A stretch of 64,000 bases of DNA from a virus (taxonomy: Duplodnaviria; Caudoviricetes): positions 1 to 64,000 of the IMG/VR virus record IMGVR_UViG_3300032233_002657; one strand, 5' to 3'. Made by a program: the position numbers and the translations under genes. The notes beneath the pieces were generated by a model. It saw only the letters and a list, made by a program, of their open reading frames with translations. It searched no databases and was not told the origin of the DNA. Within the stretch, counting starts at the first letter, position 1. Every line of letters begins with the position of its first letter. Of this stretch, positions 48,215 to 55,031 are shown piece by piece.

Positions 48215-48449
48215 TATCCACCTCCGATAGTTTAATAACTTTAATTCCGATCTTAGGCCCTATCACTTGGCTTCTCTCAAAGATGCGACTTGTGTCAGGA
48301 ACATCTTCGTTCATAAGAACGAAAAGGTTTCCTCTTTTCTCAAACATCTGCCCTGTTATAGGAGCTATCCATGACCCACCTTCCTTTAGGTAAGTGAATA
48401 CTTTCTTTAACCATTGTATGTCTGTTACGCTAGGTTTCCATTCAACCAC
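48207..48449 (-). CDS. hypothetical protein
   Basis: AGGAGG RBS + GTG. Confidence 0.65.
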   Translation of the reverse strand: MVEWKPSVTDIQWLKKVFTYLKEGGSWIAPITGQMFEKRGNLFVLMNEDVPDTSRIFERSQVIGPKIGIKVIKLSEVDSA

Positions 48450-48491
48450 GAGGTCCTCCTTTAGACTGCCTATAGTAGGCTCGTAACGAGT

Positions 48492-48623
48492 TTAAAAAAA
48501 CCAACCATTTGCCCAGCCTCTACTCCATCTCCAGTCATCAGCCCAAGACACAGAGTAAGAATAAGGCTCAGACCAAGCTTTGGAGACGTCTCTAATTAAG
48601 TATGCTTTGCGTCTTCTTATCAT
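48492..48623 (-). CDS. Trp/Ser-rich MIR-family microprotein (43 aa, ends in a T7 run)
   Basis: MIRRRKAYL...GWANGWFF; TAATG overlap. Confidence 0.55.
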   Translation of the reverse strand: MIRRRKAYLIRDVSKAWSEPYSYSVSWADDWRWSRGWANGWFF

Positions 48624-48802
48624 TAAGCACCTCTCAAAATCCTATTTAAAAACCAACCTAGTGACCAATTTCTACTCCATTGAATCCAATTTGTTAAAGA
48701 CACAGAGTAAGAACAACCATGAGACCAGGACAAAGAGTAAACCCAAGGATCAGACCATGATTTAGATGAATCAAGTGGGTGTATTTTTCTTCTTATCATC
48801 AT
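48623..48802 (-). CDS. Trp/Ser-rich MIR-family microprotein
   Basis: MMIRRKIHP. Confidence 0.65.
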   Translation of the reverse strand: MMIRRKIHPLDSSKSWSDPWVYSLSWSHGCSYSVSLTNWIQWSRNWSLGWFLNRILRGA

Positions 48803-48996
48803 GGACCAACTCTCCGAGGTTTTAATATAGACCAAGGCAAGCGATTGAAGTGAGCCCAAGCACACGCAATACCCTTATACTTGTGTCCAGATATGGTCGT
48901 GTTTTCTGACCAGAGCCTATTTATCTTTTTGTCCTTAGTCCAACAAACAGACATTTTACTTTGATGCAATGGATACAAAAGTTTTCTTATCATCAT
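48799..48996 (-). CDS. MIR-family microprotein
   Basis: MMIRKLLYP; paralogue of next ORF. Confidence 0.65.
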   Translation of the reverse strand: MMIRKLLYPLHQSKMSVCWTKDKKINRLWSENTTISGHKYKGIACAWAHFNRLPWSILKPRRVGP

Positions 48997-49181
48997 GAAC
49001 TGACCCTCCAAGACTTGAACTTAGACCAAGGAAAGAACAGGAAATTGGAACAGGTCCCCCTAAGGATATGCCCGGAAAAGATCTTATTTTTGTCCCAAAG
49101 GCTATTTATCCTGATTTTTTCGGACCAGCACTTGGACATTTTTCTATCGCTATGTATAGCGTATACAAGTTTTCTTATCAT
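48993..49181 (-). CDS. MIR-family microprotein
   Basis: MIRKLVYA; AGGAG RBS. Confidence 0.65.
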   Translation of the reverse strand: MIRKLVYAIHSDRKMSKCWSEKIRINSLWDKNKIFSGHILRGTCSNFLFFPWSKFKSWRVSS

Positions 49182-49182
49182 G

Positions 49183-49386
49183 TTAACTCCTTACGGACCC
49201 TGAAAATCTATTGCACCATGCAGAAGAAGATATGGTTAAACCAGACCATAATGCTCCTCTAGAGCCGCGCCACAGTTTTGTAGTAGAGCGTACTTTAAGC
49301 TCTGTAAACGAATTACTACTCGTTCCTTCTTCGTTCCATGCACGACTATACCCGTGGGCCATAGTGTTTCCTGTTCTTGGGATCAT
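49183..49386 (-). CDS. Trp/Ser-rich microprotein (MIPR variant)
   Basis: AGGAG RBS. Confidence 0.6.
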   Translation of the reverse strand: MIPRTGNTMAHGYSRAWNEEGTSSNSFTELKVRSTTKLWRGSRGALWSGLTISSSAWCNRFSGSVRS

Positions 49387-49403
49387 TGGTTCTCCTAGTT
49401 AGG

Positions 49404-49601
49404 TTATCTGTGTATAGACCACGATAGAGACCTGAAAGCAGTAAAGAAATGACTATCCTGCCCTCCAATCCTGGATCTAGAGTATTTAGCCATGATGGAC
49501 GCTACCCCACCCGTTGTGTACACGAAAGCTCTATACTTAGAGCTGTAAGTTCTGGCTATTCCCCAAGAGTATGATCCAGGTGTGTTTATTTTTCTGATCA
49601 T
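49404..49601 (-). CDS. MIR-family microprotein
   Basis: MIRKINTPG. Confidence 0.62.
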   Translation of the reverse strand: MIRKINTPGSYSWGIARTYSSKYRAFVYTTGGVASIMAKYSRSRIGGQDSHFFTAFRSLSWSIHR

Positions 49602-49605
49602 TTGT

Positions 49606-49773
49606 TTACAGCCCCCAACTATTAGGCGCCCAACTGTTAGTCCGTGTGTGCCGCCACTCAGAGGATAGAGCCCAACACCTGGACCAAGAAAACGATTTAG
49701 CCGAAGACCTGGTCCAGTGCCCAGAGCCAGGCCAATCCCAAACAGGATAGTTATTGTTAGTTTTTCTTATCAT
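49606..49773 (-). CDS. Trp/Ser-rich MIR-family microprotein
   Basis: MIRKTNNN; TGATG overlap. Confidence 0.65.
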   Translation of the reverse strand: MIRKTNNNYPVWDWPGSGHWTRSSAKSFSWSRCWALSSEWRHTRTNSWAPNSWGL

Positions 49774-49976
49774 CAAATGTTTCTCCAATAATTTAAACTC
49801 CACCCTCCTGAGCTAAAACTATTGCACCAGCTGCCTATACCTAACCAAGGAGATGACATACAATGCTGCCACCCCCAGTTCCATGAACGATTTACAAAGT
49901 AGTAGTTCGCTGAGAATGATGTAGGTCTTATATTATTCCAGCACTTTGATTCATGGGTTCTTATTTTTCTTATCAT
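49773..49976 (-). CDS. Trp/Ser-rich MIR-family microprotein
   Basis: MIRKIRTHESKCW; ATGA coupling. Confidence 0.65.
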   Translation of the reverse strand: MIRKIRTHESKCWNNIRPTSFSANYYFVNRSWNWGWQHCMSSPWLGIGSWCNSFSSGGWSLNYWRNI

Positions 49977-50236
49977 AGTTTTTCCCTTACTCTTAGCATG
50001 TCTTCTTCAGTAGCCATGATGCTGTACACCATAGGCTCATCTTTAAAAGACCACCACCCTCTATCTTCATCTAGCTCGTTGCCCACTCTAAATACGAACT
50101 CATAGTGGCATCCGTTAACTACGATGGATGACGGCCATATGTCTTTGTCGCCTATTCTTATTAGGCGGTTTGTTAAGAAGATAGTAAGCATTTGTTCTAG
50201 GGATTTGCCTACTACCCACTGGTTAAAATCATCCAT
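49973..50236 (-). CDS. hypothetical protein
   Basis: ORF track, start adjusted to MDDFNQW. Confidence 0.6.
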   Translation of the reverse strand: MDDFNQWVVGKSLEQMLTIFLTNRLIRIGDKDIWPSSIVVNGCHYEFVFRVGNELDEDRGWWSFKDEPMVYSIMATEEDMLRVREKL

Positions 50237-50405
50237 GCTTGTGCGCAATGCTGTTAGGCTCGCAGTATGTACAACATCGGGGAGGCGTACCGTCTACGCG
50301 CAGAGGCGTAGTTCCTTCTATTTTAAATACCATTGTAAAAAGTTTTTGTTTTTTATCCTTTTTAATCTTAGCCCTTACTTTAGAGTCGGTTAGTGTATTT
50401 TTCAT
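50229..50405 (-). CDS. 58-aa ORF carrying a copy of the RAMP N-terminal motif (FKIEGTTPLRV)
   Basis: AAGGAG RBS; manual translation. Confidence 0.55.
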   Translation of the reverse strand: MKNTLTDSKVRAKIKKDKKQKLFTMVFKIEGTTPLRVDGTPPRCCTYCEPNSIAHKHG

Positions 50406-50490
50406 TTTGTCTCCTTTAAATAAAATAAGCCCCAGCTTTTTAGGGCTGAGGCTTAGGGCCGTTAACTCTGTACCTGCCTAGAAAACAGAG

Positions 50491-50655
50491 TTAAGGCTTT
50501 TCGGGTGGATTGCACCTGGCACAATTGATGTAGTCAGGTACTTCTTTTAGTTTATTCACACTCGTATCATTTACGAATGCGTGGTTACATGACGGCGTAA
50601 CCAAGTACTTGTTGAATTTTAACAGCTCTATATGCTTGACTTTTACCCTGCGCAT
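50491..50655 (-). CDS. 54-aa possible Zn-ribbon protein
   Basis: CNH...CARC; manual translation. Confidence 0.45.
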   Translation of the reverse strand: MRRVKVKHIELLKFNKYLVTPSCNHAFVNDTSVNKLKEVPDYINCARCNPPEKP

Positions 50656-50667
50656 TTTAACCTATCC

Positions 50668-50874
50668 TTACCGGACTAGGCTAGCAAGGTCGTATGCCCT
50701 TAGCAACCTGTCCGGACGCTTGTACCTTTGTTCATACAGCATCCTGACCCTTTCACACCAATCTTCGTTTAAGAATTGGTCGTTAGAGAAACGTTTATTA
50801 AATAGCTTCGAAGCCATTCTTCTACTACTTAATATTATAATCCTTTGCGCTTTACTCTGCCTGCTTTTTTTCAT
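50668..50874 (-). CDS. basic hypothetical protein
   Basis: ORF track. Confidence 0.55.
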   Translation of the reverse strand: MKKSRQSKAQRIIILSSRRMASKLFNKRFSNDQFLNEDWCERVRMLYEQRYKRPDRLLRAYDLASLVR

Positions 50875-50875
50875 A

Positions 50876-51235
50876 TTAATTCTTCTGCGTTAGAGCTGCT
50901 TTGCTAGACTCAAGCTGGTTCAGCTCTTCTTTGAGCGTTGTTATTTTATTCTTCAGCTCTTCAGCTATTTTGTCTACGTTAGCTAGTATTTCTAGCATTA
51001 CGTCTGCTTGATGCTTAGACAGCTTAGCTGTTTGAATCATCAATGAGTGCAGCTCTCCAGGGAGCCTTACTGAGCCTTGCCTACCTATCATCAAGCCATA
51101 TGGAAAATCGTTCTGAGCGACATTCCAATCTAGCACTACCGCACATGATCTTAGCTCTGGAATCTTTTCTAATAGACTCAAGATTTTTTCGCTCAGGGCG
51201 TCTGTAACTTCTAGATGTCTAAGCTTCTCCGTCAT
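50876..51235 (-). CDS. hypothetical coiled-coil protein
   Basis: AGGAG RBS. Confidence 0.65.
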   Translation of the reverse strand: MTEKLRHLEVTDALSEKILSLLEKIPELRSCAVVLDWNVAQNDFPYGLMIGRQGSVRLPGELHSLMIQTAKLSKHQADVMLEILANVDKIAEELKNKITTLKEELNQLESSKAALTQKN

Positions 51236-51554
51236 CTTTTCTCCTCAGTGCTAGTTCGATGTGGTACTCCATAGCTCTGGCGGCTAAGGCTGTGGGGACT
51301 AAGAGTACAAACTCGTAATTCCTAAAGCAACACAAAAATGATAGCCAGAAACATACATGATAACCTAAACAAAACCTACAGGTCATTAGGTCGCCTATGA
51401 GTGATACACCTTTTCGGTCTGAGTATTTCCAAACCTCTGTATGCGCTCTAGCCGTAGCAAATACACTGCCTTCGAACCATGCGTCTAATGCAGCCTTGCT
51501 TGCTAAAGCTACTACTACAACCGCCAAAAACACATCGCCCATTTCGTATTCCAT
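51219..51554 (-). CDS. DUF1360-like membrane protein
   Basis: GDLMTCRFCLGYHV, hydrophobic helices; start at MEYEM after AGGAGG. Confidence 0.6.
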   Translation of the reverse strand: MEYEMGDVFLAVVVVALASKAALDAWFEGSVFATARAHTEVWKYSDRKGVSLIGDLMTCRFCLGYHVCFWLSFLCCFRNYEFVLLVPTALAARAMEYHIELALRRKDDGEA

Positions 51555-51584
51555 AACCAAGACCTCCTGTTTAAAGATTACTAA

Positions 51585-51840
51585 CCGTGCCTGCCTCGCC
51601 ACGCCTCGACTCGCCTCAACGGACCACGCCTGCCGAGCCGTTTCGTGCCGTTTCGCGTCAAACCCCGCCCCGCCTTGCCTGCCTTGCCTATCCGTGCCTC
51701 GCCGGGCCTGGCCATGCCTGCCAAGTCCGTGCCTTGCGCCACCGCGACCCGCCGGGCCTGCCGCGCCTCGCCTTGCCCGCCCTCACCCCGCCTCGCCTGC
51801 CGCGCTTTTCCCAGCCGCACCATAACGAGCCGCGCCTTAC
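51585..51840 (-). ncRNA. pentamer array B1 (about 6 units), downstream of tRNA
   Basis: separators at 51589, 51628, 51677, 51716, 51756, 51795; intervals 39, 49, 39, 40, 39. Confidence 0.8.
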
Positions 51841-51854
51841 TTTTGAAACTATAT

Positions 51855-51926
51855 TGGGCCACCTCGGATTCGAACCAAGAACCAAGGAATTATGAGTTCC
51901 CTGCTCTGCCTTTGAGCTAGTGGCCC
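51855..51926 (-). tRNA. tRNA with CAU anticodon, probably tRNA-Ile2 (lysidine type); no encoded CCA
   Basis: GGGCCAC/GTGGCCC acceptor stem, CTCATAA loop, TTCGAATC T-loop; C4/C5 as in TilS substrates. Confidence 0.88.
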
Positions 51927-51934
51927 TATGAGTT

Positions 51935-52537
51935 GCCTGCCTCGCCAGCCCTCGCCCCGCCTGGCCACACCGCGCCTGCCAAGCCACGCCATGACTCGCC
52001 GCGACGTGTCTAACCTAGCCTGCCTCGCCAGCCCTCGCCCGCCCTTGCCATACCGAGCCTGCCGTGCCACGTCTCACCTATTCTTGCCCCGACATGCCTG
52101 CCGCGCCTCTCCCGAACAGGCCGCGCCTCACCTAGCCTGCCGCTCCTCGCCGCGCCTCACCTCACCTAGCCGTGCCTGCCATGTCCCGCCTGGTCAGGCC
52201 TCGCCCCGCCTAGCCTGCCTTGCCTAGACCTGCCCCTCCATGCTGTGCCCCGCCTAGCCTGCCTCGCGTTACCATGCCGCTCCATTACAAACCCGGCCGT
52301 GCCTGCCATACCTCGCCGAGACAGACCTTGCCGAGCCGCACCGCGCCTGCCATGTCCCGCCATGTCGTGCCTAGCCTGCCGCGCCGAACCTCGGCTGACC
52401 TCGACTTACCGTGCCTGCCTCGCCTCGCCAGGCCCAGCCTTGCCTGACCGTGCCTGCCGCTCCTCACCACGCCTCGCCGAACCTCGCCCAGCCTAGCCTG
52501 CCTTGCCACGCTCTGCCTAGCCGGGCCGTACCTTGCC
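51935..52537 (-). ncRNA. pentamer array B2 (about 15 units), upstream of tRNA
   Basis: separators 51935...52496; 14 intervals: eight of 39, five of 44, one of 29 (all 5n+4). Confidence 0.82.
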
Positions 52538-52560
52538 TCAATTTAGCAAGTTACCTTGCC

Positions 52561-52884
52561 CTAATTTCTTCTACTCCTTTTCTTACTACGATAGCCCCTA
52601 CCGTTATATCGACCCTTTGAGTTTCTGATATAGGAGTCTTGAAGATGCCTGGAGAACTTTCCTGGAGTCCAGTAAGGTTTTCCAGCCTCCATGTTGCTAT
52701 CGGTCCGTAAGAACATGTAGCACAGAACTATACTAAATAACATAAAAACGAATGACTTCAATACGATAGAGGCCACAATGCCTCCGGCAATAATCCAAAA
52801 GGATATTGTTGTATTGTCATCGTTTGCCGTATATTGTTTGTAGCTCATTTTATATAATCCCGAAGGGCCACTCACGTGATACAC
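52561..52884 (-). CDS. small membrane protein (likely start MSYKQ, 52848)
   Basis: hydrophobic hairpin, basic tail. Confidence 0.6.
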   Translation of the reverse strand: MYHVSGPSGLYKMSYKQYTANDDNTTISFWIIAGGIVASIVLKSFVFMLFSIVLCYMFLRTDSNMEAGKPYWTPGKFSRHLQDSYIRNSKGRYNGRGYRSKKRSRRN

Positions 52885-53059
52885 CTCTGTCCGGAGGAAT
52901 GTCTCCCTCGTTAGGGCGATTATGCTCCGGGGGATAAGGAGGTTTAAGGGGATATCTTATAGAAGCCAGATTACCAATGGCCATGCGGCTAGAGGGCAGT
53001 CTTTGAGTGTTTATTAATCCACTACGCTCTAAGAATCTTCTTGGTGATCGGCTAGCCAT
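52850..53059 (-). CDS. hypothetical protein
   Basis: AAGGGGG RBS. Confidence 0.5.
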   Translation of the reverse strand: MASRSPRRFLERSGLINTQRLPSSRMAIGNLASIRYPLKPPYPPEHNRPNEGDIPPDRGVSREWPFGII

Positions 53060-53222
53060 AGTAACCCCCTTAAACTAACGAAATAGGCATCAGAATGCAG
53101 CGTAACCAATTATGATCAGCAAAGCTACAACACAAATTATAGCAACTGGTTCCATAGAATCGGCACTGCTACATTCACTTTCTCCATATTCGTCTTCGCA
53201 CCTATCCGAGATTTTGTAAAAC

Positions 53223-55031
53223 ATGATAAATACCCCTAATCAAACGTCCAGCGCTTCTTCTAATCAAAAGGCCTTAAACGAAGTTATAACACGTATAAAG
53301 AAAGGCTCGTTTCCAAACCTCTCTTCGCTTCTACCGGCAATGCTAAACCTCGATGGAAAGCCCTATAGCCTTGAGAAACACTTTCAGTTTGAGCCTCTTT
53401 TCAATATTTATATGCCTAGACGAACCATATTGAAAACTGGTCGTCAGGTGGGTAAGAGCACGGTTATCTCTGCGCATGGAGTTATAACCTGCGCTACCGT
53501 TCCATACTTTCGAAACCTTTATATTACTCCTTTGTTTGAGCAGGTGCGCCGCCTGTCTAGTAATTACGTAAGACCCTTCATAGAGCAATCTCCGGTCAAA
53601 TCTATTTTAATTGGCCCTGAGACTGAGAACAGCGTGCTGCAAAGAAGCTTTCGCAACAACAGCATGATGCAGTTCTCATTTGCTCTACTCGACGCCGATA
53701 GAATTCGTGGTATACGAGCCGATCAGGTTATCATCGATGAAGTTCAGGATATGGATGGAGATCACATACCTGTTATTCGAGAAACCATGTCGGCCAGTGA
53801 ATGGGGTAACATGAAAATCGCAGGTACCCCTAAGACCTTAGATAACACCATAGAGCGAGAATGGTTGTCGTCATCTCAAGCTGAATGGTGTATAGTATGC
53901 AGAGCTTGCAAGTACACAAACGTCTCATCGGTTAATCATGACCTTATTCGCATGATTGGCCCTGTAAGGGCGGATATCTCAGAGCATAGCCCTGGAACCG
54001 TTTGTGCAAAATGTAGCAAGACTATTTACCCTAAAGATGGAAGATGGATTCATAAACATCCGGAGAGAAGACTCAATTACGCCGGATACCATATTCCTCA
54101 ACCAATAATGCATATTCATTACTCCAGACCAGATAAATGGGCGGAGCTGAATGCAAAGAGAGAAGGGATGGGAAACTATACACACGAAAGGTTCTTAAAC
54201 GAAGTCTTAGGAGAAAGCTCCGGAGCAGGCCTACAGCTCGTATCACTTCTTGAGCTGCAAGCTGCTTCTAATCCTGATCTTAAGAACAATCCGAGAGACC
54301 CATCTTCAAGCTGTAAGGATGAAATTCTTAAAAAGTACGCTCACCGAATACTTGCCGTTGACTGGGGTGGCGGTGGTGAGAAGGGCGTAAGCCTTACTGT
54401 ACTTGCTGTCATGGGCATTACCTCTACTGGTGTCATAGAGGTCCTGTGGTCTAAGCGCCTTCTCACCCCCCATGACCACATGGCTGAAGCTGCAGAGTGC
54501 CTTAAGATTCATCGCATGTTTAAATGCGAGTTTATAACTCATGACTTCTCTGGAGCGGGCGTAGTCCGAGAAACTGTTTTAGTTCAGTCGGGAATATCGC
54601 CTACTCAGCTGCTGCCTGTACAGTACGTAAGAGCAGCCAGCAAAGGTATGTTTACTTACATACCGTCAGCGCCAGCTCACCCCAGGGCTCATTACAGAGC
54701 TGATAAGACACGAAGCTTACTGACTACATGCTCAGCCATACGCACTAAGAAGCTTAGATTCTTTGCCTATGACTACGTTAGCTCAGAAGACCCAGGCCTT
54801 ATTCAAGACTTCCTAGCCTTGATTGAAAGCAAAGCCACTACAGCGGCTGGGTCTGACATATACACTATTCAGAGAAACCCAGCCTTATCCGACGACTTTG
54901 CTCAGTCGGTTAACATAGGCTGCTTGTGCCTGTGGCATATGACTGGAAGATGGCCTGACTTTAAAACAGATAGATACTCTGTAACTAGAGAGCAAGCTAT
55001 GGAAACCGGAATGGGCGGATGGAACACCTAG
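53223..55031 (+). CDS. terminase large subunit (gpA-like)
   Basis: KTGRQVGKS, IRGIRADQVIIDEVQD, AGTP, CxxC pairs, NEVLG, AVDWGGG nuclease motif. Confidence 0.85.
   Translation: MINTPNQTSSASSNQKALNEVITRIKKGSFPNLSSLLPAMLNLDGKPYSLEKHFQFEPLFNIYMPRRTILKTGRQVGKSTVISAHGVITCATVPYFRNLYITPLFEQVRRLSSNYVRPFIEQSPVKSILIGPETENSVLQRSFRNNSMMQFSFALLDADRIRGIRADQVIIDEVQDMDGDHIPVIRETMSASEWGNMKIAGTPKTLDNTIEREWLSSSQAEWCIVCRACKYTNVSSVNHDLIRMIGPVRADISEHSPGTVCAKCSKTIYPKDGRWIHKHPERRLNYAGYHIPQPIMHIHYSRPDKWAELNAKREGMGNYTHERFLNEVLGESSGAGLQLVSLLELQAASNPDLKNNPRDPSSSCKDEILKKYAHRILAVDWGGGGEKGVSLTVLAVMGITSTGVIEVLWSKRLLTPHDHMAEAAECLKIHRMFKCEFITHDFSGAGVVRETVLVQSGISPTQLLPVQYVRAASKGMFTYIPSAPAHPRAHYRADKTRSLLTTCSAIRTKKLRFFAYDYVSSEDPGLIQDFLALIESKATTAAGSDIYTIQRNPALSDDFAQSVNIGCLCLWHMTGRWPDFKTDRYSVTREQAMETGMGGWNT

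Noticed and set aside
44558-49976. Diversity-generating retroelement as the source of peptide variation
   Set aside because: No reverse transcriptase and no TR/VR pair differing only at adenines was seen
50462-50494. Hairpin whose loop contains GGCAGGT (minus), the same as the start of array A
   Set aside because: A single 7-mer with no following pentamers could be chance
42548-52537. Canonical CRISPR array
   Set aside because: No 23-47-nt constant repeat with unique spacers, and no cas1/cas2/cas6 in the window
51581-52620. Many Arg/Gly/Ala/Pro-rich ORFs (MARQAR...)
   Set aside because: Same artefact; several run through the tRNA
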